Origin: Epiperipatus broadwayi
Lineage: Eukaryota > Animalia > Onychophora
DNA: 64,000 bases
NCBI GenBank assembly: GCA_028023455.1
Contig: JAQFVV010000005.1
Span: 11,160,001-11,224,000, forward strand
Reading direction: 5' to 3'
The notes under the pieces were generated by a model, which ran no database searches, was not told the origin of the DNA, and saw only the letters and a program-made list of their open reading frames with translations. Both the position numbers and the translations under genes were made by a program. Position 1 is the stretch's first letter; every line of letters starts with the position of its first letter. This document shows positions 1-13,800 of the stretch, in pieces.

Positions 1-90
1 GAGAAGATAAAGCAGCTAATAGGTTTCTCTGGGCATAGTGGCTGAGAGATTCCTGACTCCATATAAGAAGTCATAGTGCATTGCATCACA
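1..90 (+). mobile_element. 3' terminal fragment of a non-LTR retrotransposon (same family as 965-2195 and 32395-32870)
   Basis: gggcatagtggctgagagattcctgactcc...gaagtcatagtgc aligns with the reverse complement of ~975-1035 and ~32405-32460. Confidence 0.55.
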
Positions 91-964
91 AACATTTCGA
101 AAGTTTTGGAAACATAAAAAAATATACAAAATTTTGTTTTTAAAAAACAGGACAAACGCCCATCAGATGAAATTCATTGTGACAAGGGTAAATACTACTT
201 TACAATAGACTGTTTCTTTCAAAATGAGAAGTTTGGTCACCTTAATTTTTAAACCTGATGTTGTATTGACATAGACAAACATTATCTACTATCCAAGTAT
301 ACAGACTAACACCTTGATAATGTTATTATTTCAAATGTGCAATTATTTGGAATATTATTATTTTGACATTTTATTACTGCCTTCTTTTTCATCTTCTGAT
401 AATAGTGAATGATTTTTTTTTTCCCTTCAATTTAAAATTTAAATTTTGATCAATACATGCATACATAAATTCAACTTTGATACTAAGAATTAATGAGATT
501 AAATAATAATATCTACTTTCAATTATAATATAATTTCATATTTGGACTGGCATAATTGAGTATACTTCTCATCTGTTAAACACTTGATTCAATAAATTAA
601 TCACTTTTATCACAATTATACTCCTGAATGTTTTCTGTTTTATTATTATTTAAATAATAGGTTCACTTCTAGTTGCTTTTATTAAAAAATATAGACCTTG
701 GGCTATCAATAGAATATTAGATACTTATTATGATATAAAGAAGAGAATACCAATCATCTTTAGTTTTTTTATTTGCAACACTCTGGCGGTTAGATTATAA
801 AAATATAAAGTTTAATACTAAAAAAGTTGGACAACCATGTAACTTTGGTTTACACTCGAAACTTGACAATATTTTTATGTCATTTTCTTGAATAATACGA
901 CAAAAACTCAATGTGGGGATACAATTTTTTGTTTAATAATTCATTATAACTGAAAGTAGATTAA

Positions 965-2195
965 TAAGAGTATGAGATGAGATGCGCTGTGACTTCTCCT
1001 TTTTCGGAATCGGGAATCTCTCAGCTATCATGCCCATAGAAATCTGTTAGCTACTTTATCTTCCCTTTCCACTCACCACCTCAAGTTTTCCCATATTCTT
1101 CTCTATCCTGCTCCAGCACATTTCCCTAACATAATCTTTGTCAACTCCCTGGCCTTTATATCTAAATCCCCCTTATCTTTTTCCAAACCCAGCATAAAGA
1201 CCAAGAGCCTATCTTCTATACAATCATTTTTATATTTATTTTCCCACAACTTCATTCTTTGTGCCCCTTCTACTTGCAAGATTTACATTCATTTAACAGA
1301 TGTCTACTATTTTCTATTGCTTCCTTACACAACTTGCAGACTAAATCACCCACATTTTTCCATTTATGTGTATATTCCCTTGTTGCTAAAGATCCTATTT
1401 GAGCCTTAAACTGTAAACTACTTTTCTTGTTATTGTTATAAATTAACTGCCACCCAATATTCTGTTTACTTTTATATATATTTAAACTCTTTTTACTCTC
1501 CATACTAGTTCTCTATCTCTCCAACTCCCTATTCTTTATTAGTGCATCTATTCTTCTATCCCATTCCTTGCAACTATTTCACTTAACAATTTTCCTAACA
1601 CAATCATCCCATCTTTTGTATAAGTATACAGACAAATTCTTTACCCAAATCTTCTGTATACTGTACAACCTTTCTCACCCATCTTGTTGCCTGCCCTTTA
1701 TTCATAACCCAATTAAATATTATTTTGGCTATTCTCTTTTATACATAAACTGCAATCTACTGAACCTTTTCATTTTGCTTTTTGCATTTCTCATATAAAA
1801 ACTTGACCATCCCATTTTTCCTTGAATTGCCTCCTTTGCCGGCCACACATCTGCATCTAACGCATGTCTTCCTACTTCTATTGGTATTTTTCTAAGTAAT
1901 CTAACACCCCTTTACTAACACAATGCATCATTATCATAAATTAACCCTGCTACTGCTATTCCCTTCCATACAATTCTAGCTACTTCATATTTATTATATG
2001 AAAACACTATTAATTTCTTTAACATTCCCTTTCTTTTCTTTGCTTCATTGATCAATTTTTTCTCCCATTCATCCAAGCAATTTCTCTGATTACTTAAGAT
2101 GTTTACCACACTTAACTTTATATCCCCAATAAAAATTTCTTTGTCTTCTCTTTCTCCAGTACCAAACTCTACATATAGTAGGTGCAAACCTTCAT
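965..2195 (-). mobile_element. Decayed non-LTR retrotransposon 3' part (post-RT region plus C-terminal CCHC zinc motif)
   Basis: ORF 1270-1503 ends CKLCKEAIENSRHLLNEC (CxxC..E..H..C, typical LINE ORF2 C-terminus); upstream frames read AIQGKMGWSSF; stops and frameshifts present; homologous copy at 32.4-32.9 kb. Confidence 0.75.
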
Positions 2196-2600
2196 AATCA
2201 ATGGATGCTGGAAGGTTTGCGCATAAAATCCCTAATCTAGGTTGCCTACTCATCCAACATCCCCAGACTAGTTTCTAGCTTGTGCCTTTCATCAATGAGA
2301 AGTCTTGGATTGAGAGTACTGCACCTAGATCTTAGGATCTAATGGATGATCTTAGGATCTAATGGATCCTCCTGCAGCCACCACTTACCTATTTGATTAA
2401 CTATAAAGCTAGGATCCCAAAATAAAAACACTACAATGTTTCTAACCCAAGCTCATTTGCTTGTATAATCACATAGATCTGAACTCAATTCAGCATCTAC
2501 ACAACTTGGTGTTTTTGGTTTTTCAAAAACTAGTCACCATTATCCTATGATTCACACATCTAAGCATATGAAATGGTGATCATGTGATGAAAGTAGATTG
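2196..2600 (-). mobile_element. Hammerhead-bearing Penelope/retrozyme-like repeat, copy 1
   Basis: atcaatggatgc...catccccagactagtttct...ctagatcttaggatctaatg aligns with 15405-15720 and 36885-37020; ends with an inverted gtgatcatgtgatg block as other copies do. Confidence 0.75.
2261..2300 (-). ncRNA. Minimal type I hammerhead ribozyme-like motif (C3U variant)
   Basis: Minus strand: ctca TTGATGA aaggc acaa gcta GAAA ctag TC tgggg; stem I ctca/tggg, palindromic ACTAGT stem III. Confidence 0.65.
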
Positions 2601-4666
2601 ATTAAAGAGAATCATACCATAACTAAAATTCACTGACAACTCAATAATTACTTATATCTGTTGCTGAAATTAGGTATCACTAAAGCAAATCAATTTTTAT
2701 TAGTAGTGATTTCTGTCTTTCCCACTAAAAACATTTTTAGGAGAACTGAAGAAGTGAGATTTTGGATATTTCATTCCATGGTCATAATGATAAAGGTATG
2801 AGTTAATTTACATCAGAGCTTACTAAAATGTGTTAAAATTTTTCAGATGTGTATGATTACGGTGCAAGGTGACTTAAATTCATATAGTCATTTGATGGAA
2901 AGCTGAAATTGTAGGTTCAGTGTCTATAGAAAATATGACATTCTTTTCACCAGAGGTAATGGATTGCATTATATTATAATACATTTTTTTACAAACTGGG
3001 CATCAACATTCATCTGACCAATCCAGAATTAAGTTGTAACTATAACTTTACTGTTAAAAATAGCTAGATACTCATTTACCAATCAATAAAATAAATAAAT
3101 AACCAAATGGCTTCAGTTTGAGCAACAAAGTGTCAGAACTAGAATATTATATGAGTCATTGAGTTGAAGATGGATAGCTATCTAAAGGGAGAATCCAAAG
3201 ACTGTGTTTAATATAAAAACTTTCTAGAATCATCCAGACAAACATAAATCCCAAGTTATAAACATAACAGATAGAAAAATTCATGAATGTGTTATGAGGT
3301 TATTATGCTCATAAAATAGGTTCAATATAAAACAATGATTCAGAAATTAATTTGATAGTAGAGCCATTAATGTTCTCCAAGTGCTAAGTATTACATAAAA
3401 ATGTCTCTAAAGAAGGTGAGAAATCAGTGCAATATATGATGCAGAATATCAGCTATAACGAAAGGATTCTTATCTTGTTTTTATAATCAGGAACTATTTC
3501 TTTGGGCAATAAATAACTTATGTAAAGGTATAAAATATCCATTAATAGATTAAATTCTCTTAGCACAAAAGATTTGCAGCTTAATTCTCTCTTTTAACAC
3601 TATATCACATTTCCTACGACTGATGTAATTAATCAAAAGTTTCATTTGCTATATTATAAAAGCATAAGTGAGGATCATATTTTAACAAGTCCAATATTGT
3701 GCAATACAATGTTGCTAAACATTTCTAGGAAGATTTATCCAAACTTGGCTACCAACTTATTTGTTCTGTTTTCCAAGAATTATTGTCAAGTAAAAATAAA
3801 CTATTTTAAACAACATCACATCAAATGATTATGAGAATCAATTTAGCATTACCCTTAACTGCAATTTGTGCTTTTATTAATCACAATCAATGAATGTAGT
3901 AATTACTATTATATAAACTTTACACTATAATTCTATCACATTACGAGTATGTACATGGTTCATTGTACTTTTTTTTCAACATTTTACAATATTAACATTT
4001 CAGTGGTTGGTTTTATTTCACCGTGAAAGTTTTTATTGCAGTGATGCACCATATTCTGTCAAGTTAAAGATTTAGAACTCAAACCCATTAGGTGTTTATG
4101 AGAAAAATGTGTAAATAAGCAAGATAAAATAGAAGTTCAAAATTATAATTGAAATGAAAATCTTTTCCTAAAGGCAACAATCAGTTTAAGTGTTTTTAAA
4201 TATTCTCCAGTACTCATAGAACTGCTTTATAGTAAATTTAAACTAAACAAAATAACTGATATTATTTCACTTTGAAACAGCTAACAATTCAGAGAAGATA
4301 TTTCATGGAAAACTCTTGCGCTTAAGAAATAATATCTGTGCCAAAATGAAAATAAACAATTCAAAAATAACATATTTTGCTGAAATACATCAGTGAAGAA
4401 TAAATTATTTATCCATTACTTGAATTGAACAATCATCCATTACTTGAATTGAACAATCAAATTAACTTAATTATATCATTATTAAGTCAATTATTTTTAT
4501 CATGTCTTATGCAAAACAAAAGAAATATCGTGGAAGATAATCAAAACCTCCAAGTAACAAGAATATAGCTAATGATTTGTCAGAAAATAATGAATCTATA
4601 AATATCAATAAATTTCAGAGATTAAACATGACATTTTATTGTTGCAATATTTGTTTTTATAAGTGT

Positions 4667-7600
4667 TTATAAGACATGATGTTTCATCTCATGTCTTTGT
4701 AGAAAAAAATAATTTCTTGTCATATAGTCACATTCAATACAGTGAAACCTGTAATTATTGTTATGATGATGAAATTTCAAGTGTTTATTAAAAAGGATAT
4801 CACATTTATTTTTATAAATTCCACTCATACATTTTTTCAATGTGCACTTTGAATAATTTAATTTGAATACTCTACCATATTTCATTTTATACATATATGG
4901 GAAGAAAACATGCAAAGATTTCAACCGACAATCTAAATGAGAAAATTTACTTTTTTCAAAACTAAAAAAATATTATAAAACAGTAAAATTAATGACATTT
5001 TTCAGACATTTTTGTTTCTTATCAGAATGGTTTATTTTTTGTGGAATTCTATTATAATATAATTCATTGCTAAAATTATTTGATGTTGGGTGTGAAGTGA
5101 AATCAGTTAGCAAATTATCAGTTTTGTTAATTGCATCTAATGTATTATCTGCCATTTGGTTTAATTTGATATCTGATATAAAGTTATTGCAGTTTTTATC
5201 TGTTGTTTGATTTAACATGACATTAGTCACAAAGTTATTAGTGCAGTTAACTGTACATAATGTTTTAGAGTTATTATCTGATGTGTAGCTTAATGGGACA
5301 TCAATTATAAGATTATTAAGACTGCTAATTTGTTTATTTTGATGTTTTGTTAAAAAATATTTGGGTATTTTTGTGTACTTGCTAATTAGTTTCTTATTGT
5401 GATCAAGGTGATGTTTTATTCTGGAATCAGAAATACTAATACAATAACTGAGTTTTCTTTCATGAAATAAACTGTGATGAGCAAAAAGGATTTTATAATT
5501 TGTTTTGTAATCACAAATAGATGGTTTCCAAATTTCTTCCTACTACTTTGAGCAAATAATGGTGCATACATTATTTTACCAGTATAGAAATTCCAATAAT
5601 CAACTTCAGGGTGCTTCAAAATGTGTTTGTTTAAACATGATTGGTAATTAGTTACATAGTCACACTCAAAGCAATGAAATTTAAATATTCCTAATGTTCT
5701 CTTAAGGGATATAATGAAATTTTCTTGATTTGTATATTGATAAGTATAATTAATATCTTCTATATCCCATTTAGATTCACACTTGTTGAAGCAAAATTTC
5801 TGTTTGTCAGAGTTATTCATTTGATGAAAAACAGTGGTAGTTTTATAATTAGTTTCATACATATGACCACTCTACTGAAAACTTTTGCTCTTAATGTGAT
5901 GATAATTATTCCATTTGGAATGAATTATTCTATGCTGTTTAAAACTTCCCTTAAAATTAGTTTTATATTTACAATCATTGCAGATAAATTTATACTTTCC
6001 AGAGTGTTTCATATTGTGTTGTGAAAACAAGTTTTTGAGATTTGTCTTATATTCACAATCACTGCAGTGAAATTTATATTCACCAGAATGCTTCATCTTG
6101 TGTTGAACAAAACAGGCTTTATAGTTAGTCTTAAAGTCACAATCACTGCAGTGTAATTTATACTCACCAGAATGTTTCATGCTATGCTGAATTAAACTGC
6201 TTTTGAAATTTGTCTTATATTCACAATCACTGCAGAGAAATTTGAATTCACCAGAATGTTCTCTCTTGTGTTGAACAAAATAGCTTTTGTAATTAGTCCT
6301 GAAATCACATTTAATGCAATAAAATTTGTATTTTCCAGAGTGTTTCATACTATGCCGAATTAAGCTGCTTTTAATATTTGTCTTATATTCACAGTCATTA
6401 CAATGAAATTTATATTTACCAGAATGTTCCCTATTATGCTGAACAAAATGGAATTTGTACTTAGTTTTAAAATCACAATCAGAGCAATAAAATTTAAATT
6501 TTCCAGTATGTTTCATGCTGTGCTGAAGTAAATTGCTTTTCAAATTTGTCTTATATTCACAATCATTGCAGTAAAAATTATATTCACCAGAATGTTTCAT
6601 ATTATGTTGAATAAAACAAGCTTTGTAGTTAGTTTTAAAGTCACAATTATTGCAATGAAATTTATAATTTCCAGAATGTTTCATGCAATGCCGAATAAAG
6701 CTGCTTTTGAAATTTGTCTTATATTCACAATCGCTACAGTGATGTTTATATTCACCAGAATGTTTCATGTTATGTTGAATAAAATAAGATTTGTAATTAG
6801 TTTTAAAATCACAATAATTGCAATGTAATTGATATTTATTAGAATGCTTCATGTTGTGCTGTATTAAACCATTTTTGAAATTTGTTTTATATTCACAATC
6901 ACTACATTGGTATTTAAATTCACCAGAATGTTTCAAGTTATGTTGAACGAAATAAGATTTGTAGTTAGTTTTAAAGTCACAATGGCTGCAATGTAACTTA
7001 TATTTTCCAGAATGTTTAATGCTGTGCCGAATTAAGTTGCTTTTGAAATTTGTCTTATATTCACAGTCACTACAGTGAAACTTATACTTATTAGAATCTG
7101 TCATATTGTGTTGAATTAAATTGTTTTAAAATTTATCTTATAATCACAATTATTGCAATGAAATTTATACTTCACAGAAAGTTTCATGGTATATTGGATT
7201 AACTTTTTCCTGAATTAAGTCTTACATTGCTTCACTATAGTGAAATTTATATTCACAATAATGATCCTTACAAATCACTGCAATAGTAGTATTTTCCAAA
7301 ATGTTTCATGGAGAAATTGAATTAAACTGCTTTTGAAATTTGTCTTAGATTCGCAATCACTGCAATGAAATTGGTATTCATTAAAATGTTTCACGGTATG
7401 CTGAACAAAATAAAATTAGTAGTCTTAATATCATAATCACTACAAGGAAATTTATATTTGACAAATTGTTTTCATGTTATACTGAATTAACTGTTTTTGT
7501 GATTTGTCTTCTACTCCTAATCATCACAGTGAAAGTTCTATTTACCAAAATGATTCATGTTTTGACAAACAAAACTAGTTTCATGATCAAGTCTTAAAGT

Positions 7601-7965
7601 CACAATTAATTCAATAAAATTCATATTTTCAGGAATGTTTTATGCTGTGTTGAATTAAGATGGATATGAGATTTGTTTTATAATTAACAAACATTGCACT
7701 GAAAGTTATATTTGCAGAGTGATTCATGCCATCCCTGACTTGTTTTTGTAATTTGTATTATATTCATATTCACTGCGGTCAAATATAATTACCAAAATAA
7801 TTCATATTACGGTAAACAAAATTAGTTTCATACTTAGTCTTATAATCAAATGCATTGCAGTATAATTTATATTTTATGGAATGTTTCATGCTGTGCTGAA
7901 TACAATTGTTTTTTATGATTTGCCATATATTCACAACCACAACAGTTAAATTTTTATTCATTAAG
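4667..7965 (-). pseudogene. Disrupted long single-exon C2H2 zinc-finger gene (about 24 tandem fingers plus dispersed C-terminal fingers)
   Basis: 84-bp finger repeats from ~7960 to 5900; 1-bp deletion near 7125; in-frame TAG at 5872-5874 followed by open frame 5862-5416; frameshift near 5550; in-frame TAA at 4973-4975 followed by open frame to 4667 ending CIECDYMTRNYFFLQRHEMKH. Confidence 0.75.
5872..7104 (-). CDS. C2H2 zinc-finger protein, 14 tandem fingers (intact core of the disrupted locus)
   Basis: 410-aa ORF with 14 CxxC-x12-H-x3-H units at 28-aa spacing and SG(K/E)Y(K)(F/L)H linkers. Confidence 0.8.
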   Translation of the reverse strand: MTDSNKYKFHCSDCEYKTNFKSNLIRHSIKHSGKYKLHCSHCDFKTNYKSYFVQHNLKHSGEFKYQCSDCEYKTNFKNGLIQHNMKHSNKYQLHCNYCDFKTNYKSYFIQHNMKHSGEYKHHCSDCEYKTNFKSSFIRHCMKHSGNYKFHCNNCDFKTNYKACFIQHNMKHSGEYNFYCNDCEYKTNLKSNLLQHSMKHTGKFKFYCSDCDFKTKYKFHFVQHNREHSGKYKFHCNDCEYKTNIKSSLIRHSMKHSGKYKFYCIKCDFRTNYKSYFVQHKREHSGEFKFLCSDCEYKTNFKSSLIQHSMKHSGEYKLHCSDCDFKTNYKACFVQHKMKHSGEYKFHCSDCEYKTNLKNLFSQHNMKHSGKYKFICNDCKYKTNFKGSFKQHRIIHSKWNNYHHIKSKSFQ

Positions 7966-10900
7966 TAGAATAAAACACATATTATAATTAGAATGGTATT
8001 TATAATCGTTTGAATAAAAATATGTATTTTTTAAGTGTCTCATATAAATATTGAAATATCATTTAATATTTGTCTTATATTAAGTCACTCCAATCTACAG
8101 TGCTTTATTTTATGTTAAAGATTTATATTCAAAATAAGTCATGAAAATTTGATTTTCTAGATGCTTAACACTATAAACCATTTATTCTTGCATCATTATA
8201 AATTAATAAGAGATGCAATTTCTATTTTCAAATAGCCTCAAAAACAATAAAAAAAAAAAGGTATGCAAGTGATTTTTGAATAATCTAAACAATAACAATT
8301 CCTCCTGAATATGAAGCTTATATTCTTTGATCATAAAAGAAAAACAACACTTGATTATATTTAGTAATACAGGTGTATTATTTCAAGTTAATGCTGACTG
8401 AAACTGATTGTAGAACTCATCACATTCTAAAGCTTCATAATTCTATAGTTCTTTTATTGTATTAAAGCTGTATCTGTAATTTCCACTATATTTCATCTTA
8501 TGCAATTCCATGTTTAATTTAAATAATGCTGGCTTTTTTCTTTTCCTCATTAATATATTTATTATAGCTGGTTACAATAAACATTTTTGTTTTTATTCAG
8601 AATGTTTCTCAAGACTTTACCTCCTTCATCATATTATCTATTAGATTAATAGCATTACGAGATGACACACAATTGTAAATTATTAAAATCCTCATCATGT
8701 CTGGCTTGATTATATATTATCTTCTTGCCTTGATTGCTAAACCTGTTTTTGTCAATAAAATTATATTATTAAAACTTATAGCTATTTGATTTATGTGATA
8801 AATCTATCACCTGTACATTGTAAGATGTCTTCAGTTTATTATTCAGTTATAAAGTTTTTATTACTTTTATTTAATACACAAAAATACTTTTTCATATTAG
8901 CAAATTCTAAATTTTTTATTGTTCTTGTAAAAATAATCTATAAATCAACTTCATTGTAGATGTATATTCTTTCCACAGAATACATTATCTCATACTTCTA
9001 AATAATTGGTGAAGATCATGCTGTTGGCTGCAGTTATAGATTCAGATATAATGAACATTTTACACTCATTGCAGAATTGTATTATATTACTTACATTGCA
9101 GTACAACTATTCCAGAGTAATTGTTACAATTGTCAAAGAATGCTTTATTATCAAAATATTACAGATGACTTTATTTTCAAAATGTTTCACATTAACATAG
9201 CAATTTTCTTATTAGAATTTGTAAATATTTGAGTACTTATAATGACTCTTCTTTTAATTATTATGTTTTTTACTATCATCAAAAGATGTTTGGTTTCTCT
9301 GCTAGCAAAAATATTTTCTCAAAGTTTTAATCTACATGAACAATTAGTTGGTATCTAGAAAAAAACAAAAAAACAAAGGCATCATAAATATATAAAATTT
9401 AATTATATGTAAGTAAATCATATAGTAATTCTGAAAAAAACACTATAGATTTAATAAAGTAGCAGATATACAAAGCCACAAAAAAATAAGTATTTCTATG
9501 ACATTGATTCTGGAACTAAAGAAAGTCAGTGACAAATGTGGAAAAAAATGAATCAAGAGTTCACTGTATATATGAAATTTGCTTATGCTATTTAAGTTTT
9601 ATCATTATCTAAATAAAAAAAAAAACAAAGCATAAAACTTAGATAAACTAAATATGATATTGAAGCCAATTTTTTTCAATATTTTAAATAAATTAATAAT
9701 ATAATATTAGAATCATAGATAGAGATTAATTTAACATGGATTTTGCATACAATATATTTATGAAAAGAATGCTTCAATAAAAATATTTCAAATGTAATCA
9801 CATGCTATTAAAAAACCAGGACTAAAAATAAATATTAAAATGCCTAAAATAAATCAATGCTTAATAGGATTGCAAAAGAGAAAAAATGATGTTTGTCAAT
9901 AAAAATTACCAATTATAAATATTTTGATCAAATAATTAATACAAATGGAACATAATGGACAAAATTCAGCATACAATTAAAATTGAAAGATATGCTTTTA
10001 GTATAAAATGTAAATCTAAGATATGAACACAGAATGTATATCTTACAGCAAAGTATAGAGTGATGCATATTGTAACAAGGAATTAAAAGTGAAATAACTG
10101 GATAAAATGACAAACAGGTATTACTATGATCATTAAAACACAACAAGACTAAAATGTATTTAGGTTAACATATTGACAGAATATTTAACAGCTTAAATTA
10201 GATTTCAAAAAATTATCATAGACTACAGATTTTATATGTATTGGACTGATAAAAGGTTTGCTGAAGTGATAAAGTAAAGAGAAATAATGAATTAAAACTG
10301 GATGCAAAAAATTTTATTCTGCAGTGGAATGATTATGATAGATAGGATATAAAAATCTAACAAAGTGATAAGTTTTATTTGAAAAAGTTCATATGCCAAG
10401 AATAGTTGTTATTCAAATTAAATTTTTTTTTTTAATATTACTATAAATCCATGTATTTATTAGCCTCTATTATCTCTTTTACATTAATATTAAATTTTTT
10501 TGGCAGCACACAATCCAGTTTTAATAAAAACTGTTTTGTTAATTACAACATATTAATCAACATGAATGCTGCTCAGAAACAGAGATCAAAATATGAATTA
10601 TTCACTATCAAATTTAACAAGTACACAATTCACAATTTTAATTATACTCGCTTCAGAAAGACAACTATTAGATTTTCAAAAAAAAATAACATTACACAAT
10701 TGCAGCAATTGCAAATTGCAGGTTATTCTTATAAACTGTTATGTATGCTAGGGTAGATTTTACTTAAACTGTAGCAATGATAATTTAGAGAAAGAATTCT
10801 TTTCTAATAAATATATTTAAATTTATTGTTATAAATTATTAGATTAAATAATGCACTAGTAAGCAGATGAAGAGAAGTTTTTTTTTTTCTTTCCAGTAAA

Positions 10901-11040
10901 AGTAACAAAATAAAGCTGAGCATTTTCAAGTTATAATACTCTCATATTCTGTGCTAGGGTAAATTGTGAAGTGATGGAGTGAGACTATGCATATATATAT
11001 ACATATTGTTGTGGAAATTCAAATTTATATAAAATTAGTG

Positions 11041-11338
11041 AGTATTGATAAGTATCAGATAGTCCACTTTTTGGAGAGGTGGAAGGATGAATCTTTATAA
11101 TTAATAGCATGAGTGGAATAGACTATATAGCATCCTTCCCTAATTTTTCATCTTGAGTTGTCTCTCTCAATGTGTTGAATGGTGTGAAGATGGAATGAAC
11201 AAATGTCCGGTTAATTTCTGATGTTCAAAAAAGACAGCTGCAATCTGGCTTGGTAGCCAATTTCACTCATATTATTAATCATAAAGATTCATCCTTCCCC
11301 CTCTCCAAAAAATGGACTCTCTGATACTTATCAATACT
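11041..11338. mobile_element. MITE-like element with ~75-bp terminal inverted repeats
   Basis: agtattgataagtatcaga...ggaaggatgaatcttta is inverted at taaagattcatccttcc...tctgatacttatcaatact; no clear TSD. Confidence 0.7.
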
Positions 11339-13419
11339 TGTGAAGTCTAAACTTCATATCTTTAGATATAAATTATATAAAGGTATATTGACAATTACTG
11401 TTAAAAATAAAATAATATACATTAAAATATATATATTATTTAATTAATGTGCCTAAAAATCTACTAATTAAAAAATAAAATCTGGACAATCTGCACATAA
11501 TCCCTAGTTTTTTAAACATTCAGTGGAGTACTTTTCAAAATAAAGTTTTTAATGTTAGTCCACTAACTCTACTTGTTTCATTCTGTACATATATTGTGAT
11601 GTACAAGAATAATCGAAGCTTGATAATTCTTACAATTTAAACATTTTTATTAGCATATTTCAAATATGTTAAAATTGAATATCTTATGAAATAATCATTA
11701 AAATTTATAAGACTTCATTGTCTACAATAATCATTTATATATTATAACAAAATTTTCAATATGTGGTCAAATATTAAATGTTAATATTTTTGGCTCAAAC
11801 ATGCACACTATCTTACAAATTACTAATGTTTGATACATTGTAAAATATATAACATTTTATATATGTGCATAAATGATTTTTGTATCAGAAATAATACATT
11901 AATATTTCTATTTAAATAATATATATTTCAAAATGATTTTTAAAATAATTAATATGGCTTTAGTGTATTGTTTAGAATGTATATGTGTGTGTGTGTGTTT
12001 ATTCTTGTCTATTTTAAATTTTAAAAATATTTTTTTAAAATTTTAGTATAAAAAATTCACTTAATATTTATTTATTAATGAGATCTTTTATTGTAATGCT
12101 AAATAAATAAATAAATAAAAAAGATATATTTTGATATGTATAACTTTAAGAGTTAATTTGATTAACCAATACAATGTTATCTTTAAAAAAATATTCATTT
12201 AATATTTTAAATTGTAAATATTATGTAACTTGAAATATTTTATTTGCAAAAGAACATTAACATCTAAATAAAGGACATTTCGAACACTTGAATTGATAGT
12301 TTGGCAGATCATTAAACAATGGGAATCTACTCAAGGGCAAATCAGATAAAACTTGAGTGAAAAAAGGAACTTTAATAAACTACTAGGGAGATAATGATTT
12401 AAATAAGAAATGAAAAATAAGAATTTATAAATATAACTGAACTTTATTGATAATTTACTTATCTTTATATTCATATAGACATTTCTTTGTATCCTCCTAT
12501 GCTTTTATTTTAAGAATCATATAGAAGTAACCATTTCACAAATGAAGGGCTAAAAAGGTAAAGAAATATTGGCCTCAGAAATCATTAACCTTCTAAATTG
12601 CCTTAAGTTATTAACATCTTAATTCGGAACATCATGGTAAAGACAAGAATATTATAAATTCCATAGGAATAAAGAATGATAGTAAATTAACTTCATCAAA
12701 ATGCATAAAAGAAATGCTGATAAACTTTATCTTCATAATCTAAATATTGTAAAAGAGAAAAACAAAACCTACAACATATAAATAACTTATTGTCTATACA
12801 CTTGTGTTAATAACTTTTTCCCAGAAAAATTTGGATCATCCTGAAAATCTTCAGAAAAACGTTGAGGGAATTAATGAAGCAGAAAACTAGAGACTATTTT
12901 TAAATAACTTTACTTTTTTAAAAAAAAAAAAATCTAGTATTTTTCTTTACAATTCTTTCTATCATTTATATATAAAAAAATAATATATATAATTTTTCAT
13001 TTATTATTTTATGTTCTTGGAAAAACAGGTATCTTTATAAATTAGAATTTATAGTTATAATTAATATAAGGATATCATTTTATTGACGTAAATTCTTATT
13101 TTAACCATTTTGTACTAAACTCCCACGAAAACTCTCAAAATCTAGAATTTTGAACAAGCATAGAATTTAAATCATGATAGCATGAGATTGGTAAGGACTA
13201 CATGCATGTGTAATACATCATTCTTTTCATTATTGAATCAGTTTTCCATTGGTGTATTTTTTCCTGCACCTTAAAAATTGCATTTTTAATGAACATTTCA
13301 GTAAAAAGAGTTTTTACATTCTTTTTTTCTACTTAGAATTTTAAAGTTCACGGAAAAAAATTTATTGTGATTTTTTTCCCCCTAAAATAAACATTACAAA
13401 TATGTATAATTCCGAGGGA

Positions 13420-13800
13420 CCAGAATCTTAAAACAATTATAATTTTATATGATGCTCCAGAGATAATATTTTATGCCAACTAGTAAGTATATAATATTTT
13501 TCATATTTCTTTTTATATAAATAGTTTATAATGCTGTAAAACAATGGTCTAATTTTGTGTTATAGAATAAGTCTGTTTTCTGATGGATATATATGTAATT
13601 CCTTGGGCTTAGAACCTAACAAACTGTAAATATGAAATTCTAGAGGCAATATTTTCTTTCCAGTTGTAAATATATAATATTTTTTATATAAATAATTTTT
13701 ATGCTGTTGAATAAAAGCGTGTTTTATGTTGTAGAATGTTTTTGCTCCAATGCATATATAACTGAATGCTTAGAACCTAGTCAACTGTAATTTTATATGA
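13420..13800. repeat. Degenerate tandem repeat (~170-190 bp unit, ~2 copies)
   Basis: Recurring cttagaaccta..aactgtaa...tatga and tatataatatttt...tatataaata..tt.atgctgt blocks. Confidence 0.5.

Noticed and set aside
1915-2253. 112-aa ORF as a gene
   Set aside because: It is chimeric: the start lies in the hammerhead repeat and the rest in a decayed LINE.
4410-4460. 24-bp tandem duplications (also 56285-56332 and a 21-bp one near 2330-2370)
   Set aside because: Ordinary slippage duplications with no further structure.
5725-6828. Plus-strand ORFs over the zinc-finger array
   Set aside because: These are antisense shadows of the repetitive finger codons.
5872-7965. 84-bp periodic repeats as a CRISPR or satellite array
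   Set aside because: The repeats are coding zinc-finger units with no repeat-spacer structure, in a eukaryotic context.
8370-8750. Upstream exons of the left zinc-finger gene
   Set aside because: Splice-like signals exist, but all frames contain stops.
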